From positions 19,618 to 83,617 of IMG/VR virus record IMGVR_UViG_3300032050_000072: DNA of 64,000 nucleotides; one strand, written 5' to 3'. Shown here in pieces: positions 17,645-27,683 of the stretch (position 1 is the stretch's first letter; each line of letters begins with the position of its first letter). Source of the stretch: a virus. The notes beneath the pieces are model-generated. The model was not told where the DNA came from. It was given only the letters and a program-made list of their open reading frames with translations, and made no database searches. The position numbers and the translations under genes were made by a program.

Positions 17645-18061
17645 CTAACCCTCAATAGTGACGACGGCTCGATCTCGGACCACGAGCCGATAGCCGTCTG
17701 GGTGTGGAATCTTGGCGTTCACCAGCCCGCCGATCGCTTCGACCACGCCGGGCCGCATGATGTCATCGACAACTGCCTGCAAGTCGATGCCCATCACGCG
17801 CTCGATGTATCGCAGGATCGCGTGCTCGGTGACGATCGGCCCGCCCTGCCGGACCTCTTCGATCTCGGCGTCAACCTCTTGCAGTTCGAGCCGCTTGGCT
17901 TCGATCTTCTTGTCCATCGCCTCGATCGCAGCCTTGATGCCTTCATAGTTGGCGTGCATGTCGTCGAGTTCCTTGACGATTTTGGTTCGCTTAACGTGCA
18001 AGCCTTTGAGCTTGTGGGCGGTTGGCTTCGGTTTTTCGACGGTACTCATTGGGCTCTCCAT
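17645..18061 (-). CDS. Coiled-coil phage hypothetical protein
   Basis: Coiled coil followed by VTEHAILRYIERV. Confidence 0.65.
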   Translation of the reverse strand: MESPMSTVEKPKPTAHKLKGLHVKRTKIVKELDDMHANYEGIKAAIEAMDKKIEAKRLELQEVDAEIEEVRQGGPIVTEHAILRYIERVMGIDLQAVVDDIMRPGVVEAIGGLVNAKIPHPDGYRLVVRDRAVVTIEG

Positions 18062-18088
18062 GTGTCCGCAACTTGTTGCGTGGTTCAG

Positions 18089-18161
18089 CGACCCGAGCAG
18101 GATTCGGACCTGCGACCTGCGGTTTAGGAAACCGCCGCTCTATCCGCTGAGCTACCGAGTC
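18089..18161 (-). tRNA. tRNA-Arg(CCU)
   Basis: GACTCGGTAGCTCAGCGGATAGAGC, GCGGT-TTCCTAA-ACCGC, variant T-loop GTCCGAAT. Confidence 0.88.
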
Positions 18162-18279
18162 GAGTTTGGCTTGGGGCTTTTGTGCCGTTCGGACTATGAC
18201 CTAAGCAAAGGACCGCTGTCGCGATCTGACCAGCCACCCACAGGCTTGAACCTATGAGCCGCTTACCAAGCCAAATTTC

Positions 18280-18747
18280 CTAGCGATCGAACAGCCGTTG
18301 CGGAGCTTGGCCCTCTTCGGCTTGCCTTGGCTTGGGTCGGTTGTTCGCGCGCAGGTATTCAACCGTGTCACGGAGTTCAGTCGGAACCGAGACGCCAAGA
18401 TCATCAGCGACCTTACTGAGCACATCAAATAAGCCGACAATCGCCGACCAACCTGGGCTCATGTGACTACGACCTCCAGGCTTGCGAACCGCAAACGGAG
18501 AGCCGCCGCTCTTGGTCTTCCGCCGCGACTTGATCTCGACTCCGACGATCTCGCCAGCCTGACAGATCGAAGAGAATCCAACCGAGAACCCGAGCGACTG
18601 CACGGCAAGTGCAGTAATCACTTCGCGCTCCAGCGATCCGCTTCGCAGCTTGTCGGCATTTTGCTCGACCCAATCTTCAAGCTGACGAGCCTGCTTGCGC
18701 GTCAGCGTCCTCGCCTTGTTTCTGGCTCCGAGAATTTCAGCACTCAC
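18280..18747 (-). CDS. Hypothetical protein
   Basis: GTG start with GGAGG SD. Confidence 0.6.
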   Translation of the reverse strand: MSAEILGARNKARTLTRKQARQLEDWVEQNADKLRSGSLEREVITALAVQSLGFSVGFSSICQAGEIVGVEIKSRRKTKSGGSPFAVRKPGGRSHMSPGWSAIVGLFDVLSKVADDLGVSVPTELRDTVEYLRANNRPKPRQAEEGQAPQRLFDR

Positions 18748-19811
18748 GATTGACCTCCTTCAAGTGCGACCCGCTCACTGGCGAGATCGCGGTCATTGGC
18801 TTTGGCGGCAGAAAATGCGCTGCCGTATCGCTTCTTGAGCTTGGCGACGTTCCGCTCGATCACCGTCTCGCGTTCGACGCCGAGAATCTTGCGGCACATG
18901 CCCATGTAGAACTCGATCTGCCCGAGCACGCCCGCCGCCTTATCGACGCTGATCGGTCGAGCGTAGAACAGATTCTTCTTGACCAGATCGAGCAGTTCGC
19001 TCGTCTCGATCACCAGATTGCCGAGAGCGTTTTCGTAGGCATCCATTACCGCAGCCGGATCGCTCGGCGGATCGACGACTTTGTAGAACGAGAACATCGC
19101 CGCCCCGGCCACGATCTCGACGCGCGTCATGCCGATCGCCTGCCGCGCCAAGCTGGCGTAGAACTCCAGGTCGCCGAGTTCTTCGATGGCATTGATGCGG
19201 TCGAAGTTGACCGGATCAGGAACGCTCGCCCCGTGCAGCATTTCGCCAACCTCAGTCGACAGGCCCAGAGCCGCGTGCATTAGGTCGCCGGTTTTGCCGA
19301 TCGACTCCATGAAGTCAAAGCCGTCGCCGAGCCCCACGAAGTCCTCGATGGACTCGCCAGGATTCGTGCCCAGGCGTGCCAGGATTGCACCGTACGACGG
19401 TCGGCTGGTGAGTTGGGATACGAACTGGTCGTAGTCGGCATCGCCGCCTAGTGGGCCTGTGGCTGCGTCTGGTGCGTGTTCGGTATTTTGCTCGGTCATG
19501 TTCTCCAAGTCCTTTCGGTCAACAGGGTTATCGAGTTCGTTTTGTTCGGTGTTCGGTTCGGGTTTCGCATCGAACGAACAGCCGAACAGTTCGGTCAGCA
19601 GCTCGGTCGCCGCCTTGGTCATCGCGTAGCGGCGGGCCTCGAATTGTTTCTTCCGCAGGTAGTTGACCCGCTTCGCCATCACGTTCACGAGGTCGATCGC
19701 CTCGCCGCTGGTCGCCACCGCGATCGGCGGGGTTTCCATCGCGAGCATGGCTTCGACAAATGCCTGGGCCAGCCGATCTTGCGACAAGCCCAGGCAGGTT
19801 TCTGGAATCAT
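18744..19811 (-). CDS. MazG-like nucleotide pyrophosphohydrolase (one intact plus one degenerate domain)
   Basis: HAALGLSTEVGE..IEELGDLEFY; second copy IETSELLDLVKK..NVAKLKKRY. Confidence 0.8.
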   Translation of the reverse strand: MIPETCLGLSQDRLAQAFVEAMLAMETPPIAVATSGEAIDLVNVMAKRVNYLRKKQFEARRYAMTKAATELLTELFGCSFDAKPEPNTEQNELDNPVDRKDLENMTEQNTEHAPDAATGPLGGDADYDQFVSQLTSRPSYGAILARLGTNPGESIEDFVGLGDGFDFMESIGKTGDLMHAALGLSTEVGEMLHGASVPDPVNFDRINAIEELGDLEFYASLARQAIGMTRVEIVAGAAMFSFYKVVDPPSDPAAVMDAYENALGNLVIETSELLDLVKKNLFYARPISVDKAAGVLGQIEFYMGMCRKILGVERETVIERNVAKLKKRYGSAFSAAKANDRDLASERVALEGGQS

Positions 19812-19814
19812 TGT

Positions 19815-20681
19815 CTAGCACTCCACGAGATTCGCTTCACCGACCGCGAGCGGAATCAACTTGCGGATCGCTTCGAGCGCCGTCTTGCGGTTCCAGCAAT
19901 CCTCCACCATGATCGCGTTGGCATTGGCGATGTGGTGGATGAACGCCTTGCTGCCACGATGCTGGCCGAGCCCGTACTCCGGCGTGCGACCCTCGCAGAC
20001 ATTGACCAGCGAGAACAGAACGCTTCGGAAGAACCAACCGCTGATGCCGTTAATCAGGCTCGTAATATCGAGACGGTCGTTGTGCCGCTTGAGCCGCACG
20101 CCCATGAACAGACCGAAGCCGTCTCTAAACGCACCCGAAAGCGAACAGCAGGCCCAGAGTTCAACGCGGTAGCCAGCACGCTCCAGCACCTTGGCAGCCG
20201 AGACGGCGGCAACTCCCCGCCAGATCAAGGCTTCGTGGTCGATGTTGCAGTTTCCGCCTACGTCGACACAGATCGTTACGACGTTCGGCCCATTGCCCGA
20301 GCGGCGCTTGCTGGTTCGCCAGAACGGCGCTCCAGTGCGAAAGCGATCGAAGTTGAAATCGTCGCCATCGTCTTCGCTCCAGACACCCGTGCGGCGGCGG
20401 CTCTTGGGGGTCGGCAGTTGCTCGGCCTGAATGTCCGACTGCATCTTGTCGAATAGTTCAATGCCGTGCTGCCACTCGCTTAGCACCGCTTCACCAAGGG
20501 CGTCGTAGCTGGCAAGTTCACGGCCCCGAAATTCGGCTTCGTTGTCCGTGAACTTCAACTCGAACTTGCCGGTCTTGCCGCAGTTCGTGAACTCGCGGCC
20601 CCACTCGTAGGCTTCGATCGTGCCCCCGTCGCAGATCACAACACACTCTTTGGCTTTCGCATCTTGTTCGTAACTTCGCAT
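19815..20681 (-). CDS. vWA-like partner of the AAA ATPase
   Basis: VTICVDVGGNC, LERAGYRVEL; adjacent to a MoxR-type ATPase. Confidence 0.6.
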   Translation of the reverse strand: MRSYEQDAKAKECVVICDGGTIEAYEWGREFTNCGKTGKFELKFTDNEAEFRGRELASYDALGEAVLSEWQHGIELFDKMQSDIQAEQLPTPKSRRRTGVWSEDDGDDFNFDRFRTGAPFWRTSKRRSGNGPNVVTICVDVGGNCNIDHEALIWRGVAAVSAAKVLERAGYRVELWACCSLSGAFRDGFGLFMGVRLKRHNDRLDITSLINGISGWFFRSVLFSLVNVCEGRTPEYGLGQHRGSKAFIHHIANANAIMVEDCWNRKTALEAIRKLIPLAVGEANLVEC

Positions 20682-20731
20682 GATCTTGATCTCGTTTTGG
20701 TGGTGGTGGTGGTTGTCGTGTTGACTCTGTA

Positions 20732-20760
20732 AGTATATCGGCAGGATAGACCAAAGTCAA
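20732..20760 (-). promoter_or_regulatory. Sigma70 promoter / operator cassette 4
   Basis: TTGACT-17-TATACT. Confidence 0.85.
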
Positions 20761-20786
20761 TTAGAAAATCGTCGGTTTCTGAAAAT

Positions 20787-20830
20787 AAAAACCAGCCGGG
20801 TGCCGCACCCAAGGGACGCGACACCCGGCC
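20787..20830 (-). terminator. Probable intrinsic terminator
   Basis: GCCGGGTG..CACCCGGC stem followed by TGGTTTT. Confidence 0.6.
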
Positions 20831-20839
20831 CACCAAAGA

Positions 20840-22093
20840 TTAGACGCCAGCCTTGGCTTTCTTGGCCTCATCCTCCGGCCAGCCCGCGAAGATCGCATCG
20901 TCGATGTCGGTCATCGTGAAGCCGCCGTTGGTCAGCATGTCGTAGGCCGAGATCATCGTGCGGGTCGACATGATCCGCTCGAAGCGGTGCTTGCGAATCG
21001 CAGCCCGGTAGCCCCACAGCTTCTCGCGGAGCTTCTTGTTCGGGCAGACATGCTCCTCAAGGGCGGTGTCGTAGTCCATCGGCACTTGGCCGATCACGAA
21101 GCGATCAAGGAACGCGCCGTCGAGTTCGGTGCGACCGACGTATTGACGATCGGCACCGCGACCGAACGTATTGGCGGCGGCGATGAAGATGAAGTCAGCG
21201 TGACGCTGGATCACTTCGCCACCGTTACGCTCGACCGACAGCAAGCCGTTCGCCAGGGCCGAGTTGATAATCAGCAGCACGTTCGGGTCAGCCGCGTCGC
21301 ACTCGTCGGCCAGGAACACCCCGCCGTTCTCGAAGCACTTCACGAACTGCGTAATCTGATAGCAATCCTGGCCGGTATGGATGTTCGGCACATTGCGACC
21401 GACTAGCTTGCTTTCGGTGACGCCACCGGCCAGCGAGATCATGCCGAACGGCAAGCCGAGAGCCCGAGCGATCTGAGCCGCCAAGTGCGACTTGCCGCAA
21501 CCAGCCGGACCCGGCAGGAAAATGTTCTGGCGACGAGCCGCCAGCTTGACGATCTTGTCGAACGCCGGGTGGTAGATTTCGTTCTCCAGCTTGACGGCTT
21601 CACCGCCCTTGGGCTGAATCTTGATCGTACGCGGCAGACGAGCCTCCTCGATCCGCTGCTTGACGTAAGCCGCCATTTCGAGCGAGCTTTGTTCGAGCTT
21701 GCTGGTCACAACCTTGGCGACCGCACCAGCCAGTGACGAGATCGTGCTGTCGATCGTGCCGCTCAGCTTGTCGGCCAATTCGCCGCCAACTTCCAGCTTG
21801 ATCTTCTCGACCGCACCGGCGATGTATTTATCAACGACTTCCGAGTCAAACACAGGGCTTTCGGCCCCTTGTTGTACGGAACCGTGCTGCTCGCATTGGC
21901 CTTCAACTTGGGTGCATCCGTAGTGGACATTCCAGACGCTACCATTGAAACGAACCCGCTCCACTCGATCACCCTTGTTGATTTTGCAGCCGCAGCGAAC
22001 GCACTTCGGTCGGCTGAATTTAGCGAGGAAAATTGGGTTGCCAACTTCATCAAATCCTTCTGGCTTGTCGGTCTTTACGGTAACTGGTGTCAT
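20840..22093 (-). CDS. MoxR/CbbQ-type AAA+ ATPase
   Basis: Walker A GPAGCGKS, Walker B FLADECD, AAANTFG, LDGAFLDRF. Confidence 0.88.
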   Translation of the reverse strand: MTPVTVKTDKPEGFDEVGNPIFLAKFSRPKCVRCGCKINKGDRVERVRFNGSVWNVHYGCTQVEGQCEQHGSVQQGAESPVFDSEVVDKYIAGAVEKIKLEVGGELADKLSGTIDSTISSLAGAVAKVVTSKLEQSSLEMAAYVKQRIEEARLPRTIKIQPKGGEAVKLENEIYHPAFDKIVKLAARRQNIFLPGPAGCGKSHLAAQIARALGLPFGMISLAGGVTESKLVGRNVPNIHTGQDCYQITQFVKCFENGGVFLADECDAADPNVLLIINSALANGLLSVERNGGEVIQRHADFIFIAAANTFGRGADRQYVGRTELDGAFLDRFVIGQVPMDYDTALEEHVCPNKKLREKLWGYRAAIRKHRFERIMSTRTMISAYDMLTNGGFTMTDIDDAIFAGWPEDEAKKAKAGV

Positions 22094-22160
22094 GATCTTG
22101 ATCTCCTTGGGGTTGCTGTCGAAAGCGTTTGGTTGTTTGGTGGTTGCTTTCGATGGTTTT

Positions 22161-22189
22161 AATATATCGTAACGCTAGACGATTGTCAA
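22161..22189 (-). promoter_or_regulatory. Sigma70 promoter / operator cassette 5
   Basis: TTGACA-17-TATATT. Confidence 0.85.
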
Positions 22190-22209
22190 CAGGAAAAGTT
22201 CAGAAAAAT

Positions 22210-22434
22210 TTAGACGCGATCGGCCTGATAGGCGGCGAAACCGTGATCGAAGCCGAACAGCCAGGTCGACTTCTCTTCGCCTTCCAGCCAAGCCGGGCAG
22301 TAGGCTTCGGCGTGCGGGTTCGACCAGTCAGCCGAATAGCCAGCATCGAAACCTTGATTGTGCAGTTCGCGACGACGCTCATCGGTCATCGTCGAGGGGA
22401 GGCCGAACATGGCGTCGAGTTGTTGCTGGGTCAT
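22210..22434 (-). CDS. Small hypothetical early protein
   Basis: GAGATCAAGATCATG leader. Confidence 0.65.
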   Translation of the reverse strand: MTQQQLDAMFGLPSTMTDERRRELHNQGFDAGYSADWSNPHAEAYCPAWLEGEEKSTWLFGFDHGFAAYQADRV

Positions 22435-22481
22435 GATCTTGATCTCGCGTGTTTGGTGGTAGTTGCTGATTGACTCTACAA

Positions 22482-22510
22482 AGTATATCGTCCCGATAGA
22501 CCTAAGTCAA
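22482..22510 (-). promoter_or_regulatory. Sigma70 promoter / operator cassette 6
   Basis: TTGACT-17-TATACT with a perfect TATCG-N3-CGATA. Confidence 0.85.
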
Positions 22511-23338
22511 TCATGTTTTCCGAAAAAATCTGGAAAATAATCGGCCCGCAACAAGTTGCGTGGCAGCCTAGCGTTTTCGCCATTCGGCCAGCGATCGCAC
22601 GATAGATGCGACCGGAATCCCGATCGCCAGTGCGAGCAAAGAATAGGCCCCGAGCTTGATCGCGAACACCAAGTCTGGAACCAACCGCAGATAATCCCAG
22701 AGCAGCCGCAGGCCCTCACGATCGCCAATGTCGTTCACGGCTTACCAGCCTCCGGCCCAGAAAGTTCGCAGCCATTGCCACGCAGGCACCTTAAACAGAC
22801 CGCCGTACGTCAAGCCATCCATGACCACGACTGCGGCAGCCACCAGCAACAAAACGATCGCCCGCCATCGCCTCATGGTGCATCACCAACCTTGCCGCCG
22901 ATCCAGTTCGGTTTGTCGCCTAGCGGCTTAGGCTTGATCGGCTCGCGAGTTTCGCCATTCCAGACTTCGACATCAAAGCCCTTGCTGGTGAGCCGCACCA
23001 TCACGGCGCTATCGTCCGCTTCGATGTAGGTGGTCTTCGCGGTGATCTGCTTGACCGTCACCGGCCCGACAATCGGCGGAAACAGCTTCGCAACGACATA
23101 GACCGAGCCACAGGCGATCGCCGCCACAACGACAATCGTCTTGATCGCGAACTTGAAAAAATCGTCGCCGCCCATCATCGACCCCTCTTCGCCGCAAGGC
23201 GAAACAAAGCGAGCGAGCACATGACCAGCCCGATCGCGACCCACATATTGACCTGACGAAATGCCGCCAGTTCACTCGCCGCCTTCTCGATGGCCGCGAT
23301 CACTCGCTCGACGTTTTGAGCCCAGTCGGCCTGCATGA

Positions 23339-23830
23339 CTATGATCCGAATTGGTTTTCTTGCTGCACTCGATCCTTGCCCATCGCCCGCAGTAGATCGC
23401 CCAGGTGCTTGTCCCAGGCTTCAATCGTTTTCTGCTGCCGCTCGTCGGCCTTCTTCTCGATCGTCTCAAGGTGGGTGCGAAACTCGGCCCGCTCCGCTTT
23501 TGACTCGGCGATGAAGTCAGCCCGCGCTGATGCGTGACCGGCTTCGGCTTTCTGAATCACCGCCTCGTAGCTTGTCGCGATCTTCTCGATATGCGACGGA
23601 ATCACGACATAGCCAGCCCAGACCAAGCTGGCAATCACGACCAGTGCGAACTTGACCGTCTGCGGCAGTTCCTTGAAGAAATCAATGCCCGCCGAGATCA
23701 AGGCCCCGACCCACGTCTGCCCCCAGACCACCGTCTGCGGCTGTGGCTGCGATTGACTCGGCGCAGACGGGTAGCTTGTCGGCTTCGGAGCCGGAGCTTG
23801 CGGCGTCGGTGTAGAGTCGGCCCAGGACAT
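23339..23830 (-). CDS. Membrane protein with C-terminal coiled coil
   Basis: TM segment FALVVIASLVWAGYVVI followed by a charged helix. Confidence 0.65.
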   Translation of the reverse strand: MSWADSTPTPQAPAPKPTSYPSAPSQSQPQPQTVVWGQTWVGALISAGIDFFKELPQTVKFALVVIASLVWAGYVVIPSHIEKIATSYEAVIQKAEAGHASARADFIAESKAERAEFRTHLETIEKKADERQQKTIEAWDKHLGDLLRAMGKDRVQQENQFGS

Positions 23831-23843
23831 ATTCGAGCCCTCG

Positions 23844-23972
23844 CTATTTGGCTGGCAGGTTTTGATGCACGGCGATCACACCAGCGGCCAGCGGTCGATG
23901 ATCGGCATCGGCCTTTGGCTTGGCGGTGCAGCCCATGGAAAGCAGCAGCAGAATCACAATCGCGGTCTTCAT
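23844..23972 (-). CDS. Small putative lipoprotein (42 aa)
   Basis: MKTAIVILLLLSMGC lipobox-like start; fills the gap between the peptidase and the membrane protein; below the ORF-track cutoff. Confidence 0.5.
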   Translation of the reverse strand: MKTAIVILLLLSMGCTAKPKADADHRPLAAGVIAVHQNLPAK

Positions 23973-23975
23973 GGT

Positions 23976-25046
23976 TTATCCGTAGGCGTTGGAGATTTCC
24001 GGCAGCGACTTGCGCGGCCAGCCGTTCGCACCACTCAAGGCGATCAGCGACCGCCGTGAGACATCCTCCCACCGCGCCCAGAACGAGCCGAGCGGAATGT
24101 CGAAGTTGGTGCCCATGACTCGACGCGGCCCGCTGTTCCAGTTCGGCCCCCACGAGTTCAAGATCAGCACCAAGCCGCGTGTGCGGTAGTGCGTCTTGAC
24201 GATATCGCGGTCGTCAGCGCCGATCGCCGCCATCGCGTGTGCCCAGCTTCCCTGCTGCCGGGAGACGCCATTCTCGTCGCGCTGATTCGAGAAGCCCTCT
24301 CCACCACAGGTCGAGATACCGTAGCCGTTCGCCAGCATGTCGCGAACCGCCTCGAAGCTATTCAATTGCGTCGCGGTGCGAATCAGGTGCAGACGACCGA
24401 CTTCGGTGATCTTGTCCGGGGGTGGCGACGATCCCCATTTGCCAGCGGTGCCGCCGCTATATCGCGACAGATCGAAGCCCAGGTCGGCATAGTTCTGCCG
24501 AATCCACATCGCCGCCTCTTTGCGGACGACTTGTGCCGCCTCTTCGCATTGCCAGCCATCGCCGCCGTGCCGTCGATACCAGTAGATTGCCTCACTCGAA
24601 AACACGCCGTCGAGCAAGCCAGCCTGCGGAACTTCGGGGGCGACTTCGACCTTGCCCGTGACCTCATCGGCCCGGCCCGAAGCGATATCGCAAGCACAGG
24701 TGAACAGCACCGCATTGCGCGTGTCATGAGAAACGCAGTCACCCCGAGTTTGGGGGGATGCAGGCCAGCAGCCTGGAAAGACCCGTTCGTTGACGTGCCG
24801 CCATGTCGCGACCAATTGACCGGCAGCGCTATCGGCTAAGCCGTAGGCATGGCAAGCCTGCTCGCCGTCCGTCCAGCCACCTTCGGCGCGGATTGAGTCC
24901 CACAGGCTCGCAGCGGCTTCGTCGTCGTGATAACAGCCGGCGAAACCGGCGTTATACATTTTGACGACATCATCCGGCTCCCACTCTTGCAGGTCGCTAT
25001 GCTTCGGCCAGAACTGCATCCCAGCCGGAATTTTCTTTGCCCCCAT
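23976..25046 (-). CDS. Papain-like (C1-family) cysteine peptidase
   Basis: Q-TRGDCVSH (Gln/Cys), WAHAM (His), LNSWG (Asn). Confidence 0.8.
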   Translation of the reverse strand: MGAKKIPAGMQFWPKHSDLQEWEPDDVVKMYNAGFAGCYHDDEAAASLWDSIRAEGGWTDGEQACHAYGLADSAAGQLVATWRHVNERVFPGCWPASPQTRGDCVSHDTRNAVLFTCACDIASGRADEVTGKVEVAPEVPQAGLLDGVFSSEAIYWYRRHGGDGWQCEEAAQVVRKEAAMWIRQNYADLGFDLSRYSGGTAGKWGSSPPPDKITEVGRLHLIRTATQLNSFEAVRDMLANGYGISTCGGEGFSNQRDENGVSRQQGSWAHAMAAIGADDRDIVKTHYRTRGLVLILNSWGPNWNSGPRRVMGTNFDIPLGSFWARWEDVSRRSLIALSGANGWPRKSLPEISNAYG

Positions 25047-25061
25047 CGCTTGCCCCTTGTG

Positions 25062-25538
25062 CTAATTGATCTCCGCGAGCGCCGCCACGAACTCGATCAG
25101 CTTGTCGACGTTCGCCTTGTCGCCTTCCTTGCCGAAGACATCGACGAACGACTTCTCGACCGCTGGCCCATAGCCGTCGACTCGCTTGCCAAGCCCACGG
25201 GCGCTGGCATCGAGGTTGATGTATTGGTTGATCGCGTCCTTCGCTCGGGCGACATCGGGAATCTGCTGCTTGTTGGCAACCAACACTGATCCGAACTGCG
25301 ACCAACCGATTGCAATCGCCCGCACGGCCTCGCGATCATTCGCCGCCGCACAGAGCGACTTCACGCCAGCCACCGCGTCACGCATTTCGCGCGACGGAGC
25401 CGGGAGAATTAGCGGCGACGGGTTTGGCGACGGACTTGGAGCGATATCAGGAAGCGGCAGCTTTACGCCGTTCCAGTGCAGCAGCAAGACAGCCGCTCCG
25501 ACCCACAAAATCCAGCGACGATCATGCCCCTGATTCAC
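25062..25538 (-). CDS. Membrane-anchored protein
   Basis: N-terminal TM segment and Pro-rich linker. Confidence 0.65.
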   Translation of the reverse strand: MNQGHDRRWILWVGAAVLLLHWNGVKLPLPDIAPSPSPNPSPLILPAPSREMRDAVAGVKSLCAAANDREAVRAIAIGWSQFGSVLVANKQQIPDVARAKDAINQYINLDASARGLGKRVDGYGPAVEKSFVDVFGKEGDKANVDKLIEFVAALAEIN

Positions 25539-25807
25539 GGCGTCGGCTCCTTCTTCATTTCCTTCACAACAGCCGCCGCCACAATCGCGGCAAGCTCTGC
25601 CGGGCTCGGCTGCGGCACGGGCGGAACACTCGGCCCGGCGTCGTAGAAAAATCCCTTGATGAAATTCACGGCGGCATCGACATAGCCGAACACGATCGCT
25701 CGCGACTTCGGAAAGATCGACACCAACAAGAACACCGCCGCCAGCGCAGCGGTCACGACTGAAAATGGGTTCGACGAATCGAAATGCCCGTATGCCCCCA
25801 GGTCCAC
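25535..25807 (-). CDS. Small membrane protein (holin candidate)
   Basis: Hydrophobic segments; GAGGGGGTGA SD. Confidence 0.55.
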   Translation of the reverse strand: MDLGAYGHFDSSNPFSVVTAALAAVFLLVSIFPKSRAIVFGYVDAAVNFIKGFFYDAGPSVPPVPQPSPAELAAIVAAAVVKEMKKEPTP

Positions 25808-25828
25808 GAGATCACCCCCTCTCGGTTG

Positions 25829-26737
25829 TTAAGGCTTGAGCCACAGGGCTAGATCGCCCGCGCTCATAAAGCCGGTTGCCGTTTTGACCGCCTTGCTGCG
25901 GCCAATGCCACGAACGCCAGGATCAAGAATCATCGTTGTCGGACAAACCCGCACGCGATAGCGATCGAACGCAGCGTGATCCTCTTGCGAGTCCAAGTAG
26001 ACGAACTTGTACTTTTGCAGAGCCGCCTTGGCTGGCTCCTTGTCGAGTTCGGCCTTGAGTTTGCGACACGGCTCGCAGCCGACCATGCCGAATATCGCCA
26101 GCACTTTCTTGCCGTCCTGCTTGGCCTCGGCCAGAGCGGCGTCGAGCTTGTTATTGCCCCGAGCTTCCGGTTCGCGGTAGGAAATACGGCGGCACGACTG
26201 GCAACCCGACTGAACCTTGCTGGCTCGATTCGGACACGACTCGCACTGGCAGTCGCCGCACTTACACGGCCCGCCACTGAGCAAGCAAGTCACCCGCTGC
26301 GGCGTAATCGCCTCGCGATGGCACTCACTGCTCCAGCTTCCGTCAGCCTGCTGGCGGTAGATCACGAGCTTTTCGCCTTCGCCCCATTGCTCGTCGAGTT
26401 CCTTGCGGTACTTGCTCAGCACGCTCACTAGCACGGCCCTGTCGGCAGCCGGATGCAGCGTGTTGTCGCTCACCAGCACGGCCAGCGGCGTCTTGTCGGC
26501 CAGGGCCTTGTCGTAGGCAATCTTGTAATCGTCGACCGGCTCACGCTCGAAAGAACTATCAGGCGGCAGGCCGACATCGACAGCCACCGCAAGCTCATCG
26601 GCGCGCGACTCGAACACAGCCACGACCGGCTTCGACTCCGCAACAAGTTGCGTGACGGCTGGCTTGGCCTGGAGCGAGAACGAATTGAAAACGCAAACGA
26701 CGATCGCCGTCAGCAGCGAGAACTTTCCCGAGTTCAT
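25829..26737 (-). CDS. Secreted Cys-rich thioredoxin-fold protein
   Basis: Signal peptide, Cys cluster, AKQDGKKVLAIFGMVGCEPC, cis-Pro motif VCPT. Confidence 0.8.
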   Translation of the reverse strand: MNSGKFSLLTAIVVCVFNSFSLQAKPAVTQLVAESKPVVAVFESRADELAVAVDVGLPPDSSFEREPVDDYKIAYDKALADKTPLAVLVSDNTLHPAADRAVLVSVLSKYRKELDEQWGEGEKLVIYRQQADGSWSSECHREAITPQRVTCLLSGGPCKCGDCQCESCPNRASKVQSGCQSCRRISYREPEARGNNKLDAALAEAKQDGKKVLAIFGMVGCEPCRKLKAELDKEPAKAALQKYKFVYLDSQEDHAAFDRYRVRVCPTTMILDPGVRGIGRSKAVKTATGFMSAGDLALWLKP

Positions 26738-27096
26738 TGTCCGGCCTCTTTGTTTTGGAATCGCTTGAAGACTTGATAGGCCGACTCGGTGATATGCGGA
26801 ATCGCCGCCACAATGATCGGATCAAGCATCCACATCGGCAGCCACCATGCGACATAGAGTGACGGTCGCAGCGCCGCATACAGAGCCAGAATCGCTTTGT
26901 CGACCAGGGCCTTCTTGTCGGCACCGCTCATGCCCGCCAGCTTGCTCGCGGCTTCGACCGCTACACTCGCCGCTTCGTTGATCGTCGCCAGGATTTCGCC
27001 CAGCGTGAAGCCGCCTTCGGCCCGCTTCAAAGCGTTCTCGTAGACCGGCACTAGCAACGGGAATTGCGAGATCACATTGGGAATCGAGTCAGGCAT
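26734..27096 (-). CDS. Hypothetical (possible holin-like) protein
   Basis: Start ATG 27096; MSGADKKALV..WWLPMW. Confidence 0.55.
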   Translation of the reverse strand: MPDSIPNVISQFPLLVPVYENALKRAEGGFTLGEILATINEAASVAVEAASKLAGMSGADKKALVDKAILALYAALRPSLYVAWWLPMWMLDPIIVAAIPHITESAYQVFKRFQNKEAGQ

Positions 27097-27230
27097 AGAG
27101 CACCGTCTTGGTGATGGTGGAATCGCGGCGTCGGTGTCGGCGTGGCAACTGCACCGACGCCGCGACTTATGGCTAGTTGCCATGCTGGCGAATACCTTGA
27201 CGAATGTCCAGATCAAGACCACGCCGAATG

Positions 27231-27647
27231 TCAACATTCTCGCCCGCCGAGCACGCAGCCGTAGCACATTTGCTCGTTCGCGGTCGATGGATGGGCGCGG
27301 TTGCCGCAGCCAGGGCACTTGATCCAGCGGAACTCGTCGAACGGCGGCGACGGCGGAACGTCTTCGTCCTCGTCGATCTCACTCAGGCACTTGACGCGCA
27401 TCTCGATCGGCCCGCCCGCGTCAACTCGCTGCTCACCCGTGCAAATGCGATTGACCTGCCTCGGATTGAGGTCAAAGATATCGCCAAGCTCCTTGTAGCT
27501 CGGCTTGGTCGGCAAGGTGATTCTGAGCGTTCTGAGCAGCCTGATCTGGGCATTGCTCAGCTTGGCCTTGCCGTTGGTTTCTCCGGTGCGCGCGTACGAT
27601 GAAACACGCCTAGCACCTAGATGCTCCGTCTTCTTCGTCCCGACCAT
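27231..27647 (-). CDS. HTH / zinc-ribbon DNA-binding protein
   Basis: GETNGKAKLS, SYKELGDIFDL, CPGC..CYGC. Confidence 0.6.
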   Translation of the reverse strand: MVGTKKTEHLGARRVSSYARTGETNGKAKLSNAQIRLLRTLRITLPTKPSYKELGDIFDLNPRQVNRICTGEQRVDAGGPIEMRVKCLSEIDEDEDVPPSPPFDEFRWIKCPGCGNRAHPSTANEQMCYGCVLGGREC

Positions 27648-27683
27648 CCTTGACCTCCGACTGCCACGCCGAAGGTTTCTTGA

